A stretch of DNA of 51,587 nucleotides from Candidatus Izemoplasmatales bacterium (GCA_050177605.1 JBFXGX010000006.1:1-51587), one strand, 5' to 3'. Positions 37,840 through 47,811 are shown, counted from the first letter of the stretch. Numbers and translations are program-made. Notes: a model not told the origin generated them from the sequence alone.

Positions 37840-38580
37840 ATGAATGATTTAAACCAACAAGAAATACTAAATGAAGAAGGGATTACACTTTCTGAATTAT
37901 TCCGCATTATTTGGACGAATATCTACTTAGTATTATTTGTTACAATGTGGATTACAGTATTTGGACTTGTTTATACGTATGTTGGAATCACACCACTTTA
38001 TACTGCTGAAACTTCAATTATGGTTCAAGTAGATGTAACGACTTCAACAACAAGTGAACAATCCGCAATTTATGTAGCACAAAACCTAATCGCAACTTAT
38101 AAAGAATTTGTTGTTTCAGATAAAGTGCTATCAACAGTGATTGCTGATGTACCAGAACTTGCCAATGTTTCGACAGCTTCACTTAAAAACAGTATTAGCG
38201 TTACTAGCAATACTAGTGTACTAATCATTTATATTTCAGTTGAAAATGCTTCTCCTGAACTAGCAAGTGAAATTGCCAATCAACTCGTGGAAAACTCAAT
38301 TGAAATTGCCAATGATCCAGGGAATGCTTATGTGTTGTTACAAGATAAATTAAAACTACTCGATGTTGCTGTGGCACCATCGTCTCCAAGTTCACCTAAT
38401 AAATTATTAAATGTTGTGATTAGTTTCTTGCTAGGAGCTATCCTTTCATTAGGTATCGTATTTGTAAAAGAACTATTTAACAACAAATTCCAAAGTACAC
38501 AAGAAGTTGAAAGATATTTAAAAACAAATGTGATTGCTGCTGTTCCAGGAACAATCAAAGAAAGAAAGTTGGTGGACTAG
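37840..38580 (+). CDS. Wzz/CpsC (Wzd) polysaccharide chain-length modulator
   Basis: TPLYTAET, Pro-rich PSSPSSPN before TM2, and a C-terminal EVERYL...AVP segment. Confidence 0.9.
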   Translation: MNDLNQQEILNEEGITLSELFRIIWTNIYLVLFVTMWITVFGLVYTYVGITPLYTAETSIMVQVDVTTSTTSEQSAIYVAQNLIATYKEFVVSDKVLSTVIADVPELANVSTASLKNSISVTSNTSVLIIYISVENASPELASEIANQLVENSIEIANDPGNAYVLLQDKLKLLDVAVAPSSPSSPNKLLNVVISFLLGAILSLGIVFVKELFNNKFQSTQEVERYLKTNVIAAVPGTIKERKLVD

Positions 38581-39288
38581 ATGGAATTTTTTGAATATAA
38601 AAATGTCGTAATCGAATCTCCAAATTCTAGAGAAGCAGAAGCTTATCGAAAACTAGAATTAAATATTTCAATCGCATCTTTAGACAAACCTCTTCAAGTT
38701 ATTCAATGTACTTCGGCAACACCTCAAGATGGAAAAACAACGACTTCAATTAACTTAGCTGCTGTTTATGCAGAAAAAGGAAAAAAAGTTATCATCGTAG
38801 ATTTTGACTTAAGAAGACCGAAGATTCATCGTGCTTTCCATCAAGTCAATGACCACGGATTTTCGGATTACATTACCAATGATGTTGATTATCATCAACT
38901 AATTATTCACGATGATTCTAAAATTGATTTGTTATTAACAGGAAAACATTTATCTTATCCTCATATCGTTCTTGAATCGCACAAAGCGCAAAACTTAATT
39001 GCTGAACTCCGTAAAGAATATGATTATATCATCGTAGATACACCTCCTGTCTTATCAGTAACTGACCCACAAATCGTTAGCAAGTATGTTGATGGCGTGG
39101 TTTATGTCGTTGCATTTAATAAAACAAAGAAAGATGCAGCGAAAGAAGGACTCCAACAATTACGTGATAATAATGCGAATGTTGTAGGTACGGTTCTTGC
39201 GAATATTGATGTTCGTAAATCGAGAGGATATTACGGTTACAAAGGATATCATTATTATTATGGGTACGATTCTAAGGATGATGAATAG
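38581..39288 (+). CDS. CpsD/Wze bacterial tyrosine kinase
   Basis: EAYR, Walker A DGKTT, DFDLRRP, DTPP and C-terminal Tyr cluster GYYGYKGYHYYYGY. Confidence 0.93.
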   Translation: MEFFEYKNVVIESPNSREAEAYRKLELNISIASLDKPLQVIQCTSATPQDGKTTTSINLAAVYAEKGKKVIIVDFDLRRPKIHRAFHQVNDHGFSDYITNDVDYHQLIIHDDSKIDLLLTGKHLSYPHIVLESHKAQNLIAELRKEYDYIIVDTPPVLSVTDPQIVSKYVDGVVYVVAFNKTKKDAAKEGLQQLRDNNANVVGTVLANIDVRKSRGYYGYKGYHYYYGYDSKDDE

Positions 39289-39302
39289 AAGCTGGTGATA
39301 TC

Positions 39303-39995
39303 TTGATCGATATACATACGCATATTCTGCCGTTTATTGATGATGGATCAAAAACACTAGAGGAATCGATTCAACTTTTAGAAGAAGAACAACGAATCGG
39401 TGTGACCGATGTGTTTTTAACGCCTCATTATATTAAACATCGTAATTACCTTTCTACCTATCAAGAAAATAAGGCAGTATTTGAAAACTTTGTTAATGAA
39501 GTAAAAAAACGTGATATTCATGTTAATTTACATTTAGGAAATGAAGTTTATTATCATTTTGATTCTGTGGCGCATCTTCGAAATCAAACTGTTGTTCCGA
39601 TGGGAAGTTCAAAATTTGTATTAATTGAATTTTCTACTTCAGAGGAAGAAGAGGACATTGGGGAAGCTATTCACAATATGAAGGCGCTTGGGTATACTCC
39701 AATCATTGCGCATATTGAAAGATATTCATACATCAAAAATTTTAAAGATTATGAGCTTATCAAGCGAATGGGAGCTTACATTCAAGTGAATGCTAGTTCA
39801 GTAACCGGTTCATCCGGAAGTCAATACAAAAAACTAGCGTTCAAATTGATTAAAGCTGGTCTGGTTGATTTTATTGCTTCCGATATTCATACATTTCGAA
39901 AAAATGAATTGTCACAAGCATATGAACTTGTATCCAAGAAATTTGGAATAGATAAAGCGAACTATCTGTTTCATAATGAAATCATACTAAAATAA
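39303..39995 (+). CDS. CpsB/Wzh PHP-family tyrosine phosphatase
   Basis: DIHTHILP, DDG, TPH, AHIERY and ASDIH motifs; TTG start. Confidence 0.93.
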   Translation: MIDIHTHILPFIDDGSKTLEESIQLLEEEQRIGVTDVFLTPHYIKHRNYLSTYQENKAVFENFVNEVKKRDIHVNLHLGNEVYYHFDSVAHLRNQTVVPMGSSKFVLIEFSTSEEEEDIGEAIHNMKALGYTPIIAHIERYSYIKNFKDYELIKRMGAYIQVNASSVTGSSGSQYKKLAFKLIKAGLVDFIASDIHTFRKNELSQAYELVSKKFGIDKANYLFHNEIILK

Positions 39996-40024
39996 CGCAT
40001 ATTAAAAATTTGCGTTATTTTTTT
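39989..40024. terminator. Intrinsic terminator after cpsB (possibly bidirectional)
   Basis: aaaataacgca-N11-tgcgttatttt followed by ttt. Confidence 0.8.
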
Positions 40025-40064
40025 ATTTCATCACAATTCCAACATATTGATATTTTATAATAAA

Positions 40065-40195
40065 GGCGTATTATCCAAATGGTAAAATTTATATTCATTT
40101 CTCCCCCCTATAATGATTAACTAATTACCAAGAATAATGCATGGCGTGTTAATACACGCCGATTCTTGAAATAATGCAAGTTTCGACTTGCTTTC
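40065..40195 (+). ncRNA. Candidate sRNA with a C-rich anti-SD/anti-AUG loop
   Basis: TATAAT at 40056-40061; a long imperfect stem enclosing ttcatttctcccccc; hairpins ggcgtgt-taat-acacgcc and gcaagt-ttcg-acttgc followed by ttt. Confidence 0.45.
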
Positions 40196-40260
40196 GATAT
40201 AAAATTAGATAAAATAGAGACTGTAAAGTCTTTTATTTTCAAAGGAAGTGTGATGGAATT

Positions 40261-40950
40261 ATGAAGAATATTCATGTATTGGTTGCGGACGATGAACTTA
40301 GAATTCGTAGACTCTTAGGAGATTTTTTAAAAAGAGAAGGTTACAAAGTCATTGAAGCAGAAGATGGAGAACAAGCGATTGACATCATTTTTGAATCAAA
40401 AGTGAAGTTTGATCTTGTCATTCTTGATGTAATGATGCCTAAATATGATGGATGGTTTGTTCTTGAACGAATTCGTGAATTTGCGACAATTCCAGTTATT
40501 ATGCTTACTGCAAGAAGCGATGAATATGACCAACTGAAAGGCTTTAAACTCGGCGCAGATGATTATGTTACAAAACCATTCTCTCCTAGTGTTTTGATGG
40601 CTAGAATTAAAAACTTATTGAAAAAAGAACTAAGTGAGTCCGACGAACTAGTTTTTGGTAAAGTGAAAATCAACTTATCTTCCAGAGAAGTATTTGTAGA
40701 AGACAAAAAAACGGAACTTACTCCAAAGGAATTTGAGTTACTTAAATACTTTATCGATAATAAAGGCATTGCATTATCAAGAGATAAGATTTTAAATGCA
40801 GTCTGGAATTATGATTACTATGGAGATTTAAGAACTGTTGATACTCATATCAAACAATTAAGGGCTAAGCTTGGTAATCTAGGATATTATATTTCAACTG
40901 TTCGGAGTATTGGATACCGCTTAGATATCGAAAATGAAAACATCAATTAA
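40261..40950 (+). CDS. OmpR/PhoB-family response regulator
   Basis: ADDE, LDVMMP, MLTAR, KPFS, LTPKEFELL and RTVDTHIKQLR motifs. Confidence 0.95.
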   Translation: MKNIHVLVADDELRIRRLLGDFLKREGYKVIEAEDGEQAIDIIFESKVKFDLVILDVMMPKYDGWFVLERIREFATIPVIMLTARSDEYDQLKGFKLGADDYVTKPFSPSVLMARIKNLLKKELSESDELVFGKVKINLSSREVFVEDKKTELTPKEFELLKYFIDNKGIALSRDKILNAVWNYDYYGDLRTVDTHIKQLRAKLGNLGYYISTVRSIGYRLDIENENIN

Positions 40951-42520
40951 AAGCAATCTGTTTTTTATCACTTATGGAATCTTCCTAACATTTATTGTTG
41001 GGTTGATTGTGCTTAGTAACACTTTTTTAGAACAGTTTTATCGAAGTCAAAGAGAAGAAAACTTAATCGTCGCTTTTAGTGAATTAAAAGACATAGACCT
41101 AACGAGTGAAGATTTATCTTCATCCGTAATTAATATTGAAAATAGTTATAATGTGAACATTCAGATTATTAAAGAATTAAATGTTGATCCTTCGGATATC
41201 CCGGTAGAAGATCCGGGGAATTTCAATTTACCGATTCCTTTTGAACGAATTTACGGAAATCAGTTTTCAATTAGAGAGAACGTAATTGCGAAAATCATGT
41301 ATGATTTTGAAAACCCGGACACGCCTACTGGGACGATTACGACTTCGGTGGAATATAATGATATTTTCGCCGATGAAGGGTTTACTCTATATACAGCCAA
41401 TTTAACTCCGAATCCAAATGCGGAACAAGATGATAATCAAATGATTAGTTTGATTGCTGAAAAGGAAGATACGGACGGGTTAAATTTATATTACATTATC
41501 ACAATTACAATTCAATCAATTCAAGATAGCGTTAGTGTGTTTAACTCATTTACAATTATTTTAGCAGTTGGATTTATGATTCTTTCTGCCTTTATTGTTT
41601 ACTTTGCAAGTTATAAGTTTACAACGCCAATTTTGCAGATTACTGAAGTTACAAAGAATCTTGCGAACCTAGACTTTTCATCCAAAGTAGAAATTACTTC
41701 AAATGATGAACTTGGGGTTTTAGGTGAAAGCATCAACAAGATGTCAACCGAGTTAGAAAGTTCTATTTTAAAACTCAAAGAAGCCAATGTTCAACTATCC
41801 AAAGATATCGAATTAAAAACGAAAATAGATGATATGAGAAAAGAGTTTATCGCTAGTGCTTCACATGAGTTGAAAACGCCAATTTCTCTGATTCTCGGGT
41901 ATTCAGAAGCATTGAAACTATCAGGTTTAGATCAAGAGACGATTGATGATTATTTAAACATTATTATCGATGAATCAAACAAGATGAATAAGCTGGTTAT
42001 GGGGTTATTAAAACTAAGTCAACTTGAAACAGGTTTTCTTGATTTCAATATGTCAACCTTTGACTTAAAAGCATTATCCCAAGAGACATTAAGACTCTTT
42101 AAAGTGAAGTTTGATGAACAAGAAGTCAATATTATAGAAGAAAGCGAATCAGTTGATATTACTTCAGATTATGATCAACTCCAAACAGTCCTTACGAACT
42201 TTATATCCAATGCACTACATCATGTAGATAAAGAAAAAGTAATTCGTGTATCAATCAATAAGGTTGGAGAAAATACATACAGATACAGTGTATTCAATAC
42301 CGGTAAACAGATCTCAGACGAAGATAAAATTAGAATTTGGGATAGTTTCTATAAAGTCGATAAAGCCAGAACAAGAAGTTATGGTGGACAAGGGTTAGGA
42401 CTTAGTATTGTAAGAAACATTCTAGAACAACTACACTATAAATATGGTGTGGAAAACAGCCATCACGGCGTCACTTTTTACTTTGAATTTACAACGAACC
42501 AAGAAGAGCCTATCAAATAA
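40934..42520 (+). CDS. Sensor histidine kinase (HAMP-HisKA-HATPase)
   Basis: Two TM helices, DELGVLG (HAMP), SHELKTP, NFISNA and FYKVDKAR...GLGLSIV. Confidence 0.95.
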   Translation: MKTSIKSNLFFITYGIFLTFIVGLIVLSNTFLEQFYRSQREENLIVAFSELKDIDLTSEDLSSSVINIENSYNVNIQIIKELNVDPSDIPVEDPGNFNLPIPFERIYGNQFSIRENVIAKIMYDFENPDTPTGTITTSVEYNDIFADEGFTLYTANLTPNPNAEQDDNQMISLIAEKEDTDGLNLYYIITITIQSIQDSVSVFNSFTIILAVGFMILSAFIVYFASYKFTTPILQITEVTKNLANLDFSSKVEITSNDELGVLGESINKMSTELESSILKLKEANVQLSKDIELKTKIDDMRKEFIASASHELKTPISLILGYSEALKLSGLDQETIDDYLNIIIDESNKMNKLVMGLLKLSQLETGFLDFNMSTFDLKALSQETLRLFKVKFDEQEVNIIEESESVDITSDYDQLQTVLTNFISNALHHVDKEKVIRVSINKVGENTYRYSVFNTGKQISDEDKIRIWDSFYKVDKARTRSYGGQGLGLSIVRNILEQLHYKYGVENSHHGVTFYFEFTTNQEEPIK

Positions 42521-42536
42521 GGCTCTTTTCTTTTTG
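42504..42536 (+). terminator. Intrinsic terminator
   Basis: aagagcct-atcaaata-aggctctt followed by a T-rich tail. Confidence 0.75.
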
Positions 42537-42574
42537 TCAATTTTGACATTATATTAAAATGATTTCTGCTTTGA

Positions 42575-42603
42575 TTGAAAATAGAAGTGAATTGTGTTAA
42601 AAT
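42575..42603 (+). promoter_or_regulatory. Sigma-A type promoter of the capD-like gene
   Basis: TTGAAA-17 nt-TAAAAT with an extended TG. Confidence 0.6.
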
Positions 42604-42648
42604 TGATTTAAATTAATGGGACTTGTTTTTTGGGGGACAATTATAGGT

Positions 42649-44502
42649 ATGAAAAAAATCGGAAATTACTTAAAAAGAATGAAAATGTTTCAATTCGTTT
42701 TAATCGATATCATTGACATAGCGGTTGTCTATGCTTTTGCCATTCTAGGTTTACAATGGATGGGAGTATCAGATTTTGATGCTGTCTTTGCATTTAAAAT
42801 TCTACCTGTAGTCATTCTTTTTAAAATCATTGTCTACTATATATTGAGACTTTATCAACTCGTGCTAGATAATGTGGGTCTGGATGAAGTATTTCGAATT
42901 AGTGTAGGAGTTATTCTGACAAATGTCATCATAGGGATTGTTTTCCTATCCATCGCGGATGTTGAGTTTATCCCTGAAGTGTATCTCATTTTTACGACAT
43001 TTGCTGAACTGATCTTTTTAATGTTCCCTCGCGTTGTCAAAAGAATGTTAAAGGTTATTGGCATTTATCGCGCTTATCCCAATGGAAAAAGAACCTTATT
43101 AATTGGTGCTGGTGCTGGTGGGAAGTTAGTTTTAAATGAGATTAGAGATAACCCAGAACTGACGAATAATGTAATTGCTTTTGTCGATGATGACCCTGAA
43201 AAAATAGGAAAGTTAATGTCTGGATTTAAAGTGTTTGGACCAATAACAAAAACCCCAGAATTAATTGACCTACTTAATATTGAAGAAGTAATCATCGCAA
43301 TCGCGAATATCGAATCTGAACGTTTTCAAGAAATAATTGAAATTATCGCTGAAAAACCGGTAAAAATCAAACGTCTTCCAAGATTTAAAGATTTACAAAA
43401 AGATGCGCCAAAAAAACTACTTGAAGTCAATGTCGAAGATTTGTTATCTCGCGAAGTTATTGAATTAGATGATCAAGGAATTCATGACTTTATTAAAGGA
43501 AAAAAAGTACTTGTCACTGGTGCCGGAGGATCCATAGGTTCTGAACTTGTAAGACAAATTATCAGAAACCAACCGAGTGAAATATTACTCGTGGATATTT
43601 ATGAAAATGGTGTTTATGATTTACAGATGGAACTCAACCGATTGTTTGAAAAAAATCCTGAACTTACGGTAACTAGAAAAGTCTTAATTGGGTCAGTATA
43701 TAATTTCAATCGTATGAAAGAGATTTTTGAAATGTTTCAACCAAACATGGTTTTTCATGCGGCAGCGTATAAACATGTTCCTTTGATGGAAGATTCAGCG
43801 AAGGAAGCAATCCGTACCAATGTGATTGGGACCTATAATGTCTGTAAATTGGCTTCGATATATCATGTAGAAAAAATGTTGCTTGTATCTTCTGATAAGG
43901 CAGTTCGACCAACCAATGTGATGGGCGCAACAAAACGATTTGCAGAGATGATTATGCAGTACTTCAATAGTATTTCTGATACCAGTTATTCTGCAGTACG
44001 TTTTGGAAATGTACTAGGCAGTAATGGCTCCGTGGTTCCACTTTTTAGAAAGCAAATCGAAGATGGTGGCCCTGTGACTGTGACAGATAAGGAAATCATA
44101 AGATACTTTATGACAATTCCTGAAGCGGTTGGCCTAATCTTACAATCTGCAACCTATGCTAGTGGTGGAGAAATATTCATTTTAGATATGGGTGAACCTG
44201 TCAAAATCTACGATTTAGCAGAAAAAATGATTATGTTATCCGGACTTCGTCCACATAAAGATATTGAAATAAAAATAACTGGATTACGTCCAGGAGAGAA
44301 GCTTTACGAGGAACTACTAGTCGATCAAGACAATCACAATATCAAAACTGAAAATAGGAAAATATTTATTGAAGCCAAAGAGTCTCCATATCAAATTGAA
44401 GAGCAGATTAACAAGATTGTTGAAACCTTTGAGTCGCTACAAAACGTAGAAATCAAAGAAATGATTCATGACTTTGTACCGACATATACGATAAAAAAAT
44501 AA
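42649..44502 (+). CDS. CapD/PglF-type membrane-bound UDP-GlcNAc 4,6-dehydratase
   Basis: N-terminal TMs, IGAGAGG, TGAGGSIGSE, HAAAYKHVP, SSDKAV, MGATK and RFGNVLGS. Exact start uncertain (42616-42679). Confidence 0.92.
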   Translation: MKKIGNYLKRMKMFQFVLIDIIDIAVVYAFAILGLQWMGVSDFDAVFAFKILPVVILFKIIVYYILRLYQLVLDNVGLDEVFRISVGVILTNVIIGIVFLSIADVEFIPEVYLIFTTFAELIFLMFPRVVKRMLKVIGIYRAYPNGKRTLLIGAGAGGKLVLNEIRDNPELTNNVIAFVDDDPEKIGKLMSGFKVFGPITKTPELIDLLNIEEVIIAIANIESERFQEIIEIIAEKPVKIKRLPRFKDLQKDAPKKLLEVNVEDLLSREVIELDDQGIHDFIKGKKVLVTGAGGSIGSELVRQIIRNQPSEILLVDIYENGVYDLQMELNRLFEKNPELTVTRKVLIGSVYNFNRMKEIFEMFQPNMVFHAAAYKHVPLMEDSAKEAIRTNVIGTYNVCKLASIYHVEKMLLVSSDKAVRPTNVMGATKRFAEMIMQYFNSISDTSYSAVRFGNVLGSNGSVVPLFRKQIEDGGPVTVTDKEIIRYFMTIPEAVGLILQSATYASGGEIFILDMGEPVKIYDLAEKMIMLSGLRPHKDIEIKITGLRPGEKLYEELLVDQDNHNIKTENRKIFIEAKESPYQIEEQINKIVETFESLQNVEIKEMIHDFVPTYTIKK

Positions 44503-44535
44503 ATGCATGGGACTGTCATGCATTTCTTTTTTTTA
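44501..44535 (+). terminator. Intrinsic terminator
   Basis: aaatgcatg-ggactgt-catgcattt followed by a T-tract. Confidence 0.75.
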
Positions 44536-44564
44536 TGATATAATAGTTAAGGAAGGTGAAGTAG

Positions 44565-45926
44565 ATGAACATATTAAATATAGGCGATAAAGTAAAACTA
44601 GATATTCGGAAACAAGGCATCAACGGAGAGGGAATTGGCTATTATAATAAATTGGCCATTTTTGTTCCTGGAGCGATTTTAAAGGAAACGATTAACGTAG
44701 AAATCACGGACGTGAAACCTAATTTTGCTCTTGGAAAAATTGATTCAATTGAAAGGTCCTCAACAAAAAGAGTTGTTCCTCCTTGTAAGTTTTATGAACT
44801 TTGTGGTGGTTGCCAAATGCAGCATATCGACTATACAGAACAACTAAAAATCAAGCAATCGATTTTAGTTCAGTCATTAAGAAAGTACACACCTTCATTA
44901 AATGCTGATCAGTTAGTAGAAAAAACATTAGGAATGAAAGATGGTTATGGCTATCGCAATAAGTCACAAATGCCATTTAGAAATTTAAATTTTGGTTTGG
45001 CGCTTGGATTATATCAACCAGGAACCAACCACTTTGTATTTGTCGATGAATGTGCTGTACAACATCCAATGATTAATCAAATTAACAAACAAGCGCTTCA
45101 AGTTTTAAGAAAACATAAAATGATGGCTCATGATACACTTAATAAAGAGGGTATATTGTTGCATCTTGTCGTTCGCTATCTTGAAGTTACAAATGAAGCT
45201 AGTGTGACTTTTATCGTGACCAAATATGTTGATGAATTAAAGTTGATTGCGAAAGAACTTGCCCAAAAAAACGATGTCATTAAGTCAGTATCTTATAGCA
45301 TCAATCGTAGAAATTCTAACATCATTTTTGGTTCAGATGTAAAATTCTTAATTGGAAGCGAAAAAATTCATGATAAAGTCGATGATTTAGATATTGCTAT
45401 GAGTCCTGATGCGTTCCATCAATTAAACTCTCTTCAAATGAATGTATTATACAAAGAACTGTTAAAGAGAGCTGGTCTCACAGGAAAAGAAACTGTCATT
45501 GATTGCTATAGTGGTATTGGAATAACGACATTGCAACTTGCAAAAGTGGCTAAAAAAGTCTATGGAATTGACTATTCGGAAGCCTCGATTGAAAACGCGA
45601 AAGAAAATGCGAAAAGAAACCATATTACAAACACAGAAATGTATGCTGATCATGTTGAAGGCGCATTACCAAAAATACTTGGTACTGGTGTAAAAGCGGA
45701 TCTTATTGTGTTAGATCCACCTAGAACTGGCTTAGATCAATCCGTCATTAAGGCGATTAAAAATGCGAAGATTAAAAAGATTCTATATGTTTCATGTAAT
45801 CCTTCGACCTTGGCAAAAAACTTCGCTGAACTAATGCCTGAGTATCAAGTGAATAGCATTTTACCAATCGATATGTTTCCACATACCGCTTCTGTAGAGT
45901 CAATCACATTACTAGAACGTAAATAA
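44565..45926 (+). CDS. rlmD: 23S rRNA (uracil-C5)-methyltransferase RlmD/RumA family, paralogue 2
   Basis: TRAM domain, CKFYELCGGC, AFHQLN, DPPRTG, YVSCNP and DMFPHTASVE. Confidence 0.9.
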   Translation: MNILNIGDKVKLDIRKQGINGEGIGYYNKLAIFVPGAILKETINVEITDVKPNFALGKIDSIERSSTKRVVPPCKFYELCGGCQMQHIDYTEQLKIKQSILVQSLRKYTPSLNADQLVEKTLGMKDGYGYRNKSQMPFRNLNFGLALGLYQPGTNHFVFVDECAVQHPMINQINKQALQVLRKHKMMAHDTLNKEGILLHLVVRYLEVTNEASVTFIVTKYVDELKLIAKELAQKNDVIKSVSYSINRRNSNIIFGSDVKFLIGSEKIHDKVDDLDIAMSPDAFHQLNSLQMNVLYKELLKRAGLTGKETVIDCYSGIGITTLQLAKVAKKVYGIDYSEASIENAKENAKRNHITNTEMYADHVEGALPKILGTGVKADLIVLDPPRTGLDQSVIKAIKNAKIKKILYVSCNPSTLAKNFAELMPEYQVNSILPIDMFPHTASVESITLLERK

Positions 45927-45951
45927 CCCATATGAACTTGGGTTATTTTTT
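45921..45951 (+). terminator. Intrinsic terminator
   Basis: aaataaccca-tatgaact-tgggttattt followed by ttt. Confidence 0.75.
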
Positions 45952-45977
45952 GTTCAATCAAAAAAGGAGAACACACG

Positions 45978-47810
45978 ATGAATTTTTTTGCATACCATGA
46001 AGCAAAAAGCAAATATGCCTATTTATATGATCGATACTCGCTAGACTTAAGAATCATTGTTAGTGAGAATTTTGCGAATAAAATCGAAGTATTATACGGG
46101 GATCCATTTGATTATGGTAGGAACGAAAATAATCCGACGATTTGGGAATGGAAGATGGATCCTGCATCGCCTTCATTCATGAAAAAAGAAGCAACGATTG
46201 ATGGAATCGATCATTTTTTTGTGCGTTTAAAACCATCCGTTAAACGAGTCAAATATGCTTTTGTGATTAATGATCAGTATTTAGTTTCAATGCGAGGTAT
46301 CTTTGATATCACACTGAATCCAAAGTTAAAGACAGAAACATTTAACTATTATAATTTTCCTTATATGAATGAAGAGGATGTTTTTGCTGCACCTTCTTGG
46401 GTAAAAGATCAAATATGGTATTCTATTTTTCCAGAAAGGTTCCATAGTGCAGACAACGCTCTCCAGAAAGAAAATGTTCTTCCATGGGGGGTAACCGATC
46501 GTTATAGCAATGACCTTCATTTTGGCGGAGACCTCAAAGGTATTATCGAGAAAATCCCATATTTAGTAGAAGTTGGATTTACTGGAATTTATATGACGCC
46601 AATCTTTGACTCCGATAGTACCCATAAATATGATATTAAAGACTATTTTCATATTGACCCTGCTTTTGGTGATAACTCCACATTTGGTGAACTGGTTGAA
46701 AAAGCTCATAATGCAGGATTAAAAATAATGCTTGACGCAGTGTTTAACCACTGTGGATTTAGGCATCCTTATTTTCAAGATGTGATTGAAAAAGGAGAAG
46801 ATTCTCCTTATTATGATTGTTTTTATATCATAGATAAAACCAAACCAATTGTTCATGAGTCGTATCAATTGGGGGAGAAATTTCCAAGAGAAATAGCCCA
46901 ACAAATCAGGCAAGACCATTCACTACTCAATTACAGAACTTTTGCTTTTTCCTGTGGTATGCCAAAGATGAACACGGCGCATCCGCTCATGAAAAAGCAC
47001 TTACTCGATGTCGCAACTTTTTGGATTGAAAAGTATCATATTGATGGGTGGCGACTCGATGTGTCGAATGAAGTCGGTCATTCTTTCTGGAGAGATTTTC
47101 GTAAGAGTGTAAAGCAAGCTAATTCTGAAGCCTATATTGTCGGCGAAAACTGGGATGACGCCTATCCATGGCTTTTAGGAGACCAATATGATGCCGTAAT
47201 GAATTATGGTTTTATGTTCCCGATGCATCATTATTTTGGTAAAGATAAGCACGTGAATGCAGAAGAATTCATTCGTCATCTGAATCGCGTTTTGACTACT
47301 TATCCCAAAAACGTGATTGAAGCAATGTACAATCTCGTTGATTCACATGATACAACACGTATTCTTGAAATTTGTGGTAACGACTTTGATTTGGTCAAGT
47401 TACCTTATGTACTCATGTTTTCATTGCCAGGTTCTCCTAGTGTCTATTATGGAGGAGAAGTAGGACTTTCTGGAAAACATGACCCAGATAATCGTCGCTG
47501 TATGTTATGGGGCGAAGATCAAAATCAAGAGATGCTTACATTTATGAAGAAATTAATCTCATTAAGAAAAACTGAAATAGACTTAAAATCATCCGAAGTA
47601 CGTTTTATGCAAACGGACACTGATACTTTATTCGTCCAAAAAAATAAGATTTATGTTATTCTATTTAATGAATTAAATCCTAGGGAAGTCAATCTACCGA
47701 AGGAAATGAAAAATAGAACTTATCTCGATTTATTTGATAATAAAAAAATAAAGCTTAACGAGACACTTTCTCTTTCAAAATATCAATTTATGATTTTAAA
47801 GGAGATGTAA
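45978..47810 (+). CDS. Cytoplasmic GH13 neopullulanase/cyclomaltodextrinase
   Basis: FPERF, GGDLKG, DAVFNH, MPKMN, GWRLDVSNE, GENW, DSHD and DPDNRR motifs; no signal peptide. Confidence 0.92.
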   Translation: MNFFAYHEAKSKYAYLYDRYSLDLRIIVSENFANKIEVLYGDPFDYGRNENNPTIWEWKMDPASPSFMKKEATIDGIDHFFVRLKPSVKRVKYAFVINDQYLVSMRGIFDITLNPKLKTETFNYYNFPYMNEEDVFAAPSWVKDQIWYSIFPERFHSADNALQKENVLPWGVTDRYSNDLHFGGDLKGIIEKIPYLVEVGFTGIYMTPIFDSDSTHKYDIKDYFHIDPAFGDNSTFGELVEKAHNAGLKIMLDAVFNHCGFRHPYFQDVIEKGEDSPYYDCFYIIDKTKPIVHESYQLGEKFPREIAQQIRQDHSLLNYRTFAFSCGMPKMNTAHPLMKKHLLDVATFWIEKYHIDGWRLDVSNEVGHSFWRDFRKSVKQANSEAYIVGENWDDAYPWLLGDQYDAVMNYGFMFPMHHYFGKDKHVNAEEFIRHLNRVLTTYPKNVIEAMYNLVDSHDTTRILEICGNDFDLVKLPYVLMFSLPGSPSVYYGGEVGLSGKHDPDNRRCMLWGEDQNQEMLTFMKKLISLRKTEIDLKSSEVRFMQTDTDTLFVQKNKIYVILFNELNPREVNLPKEMKNRTYLDLFDNKKIKLNETLSLSKYQFMILKEM

Positions 47811-47811
47811 G

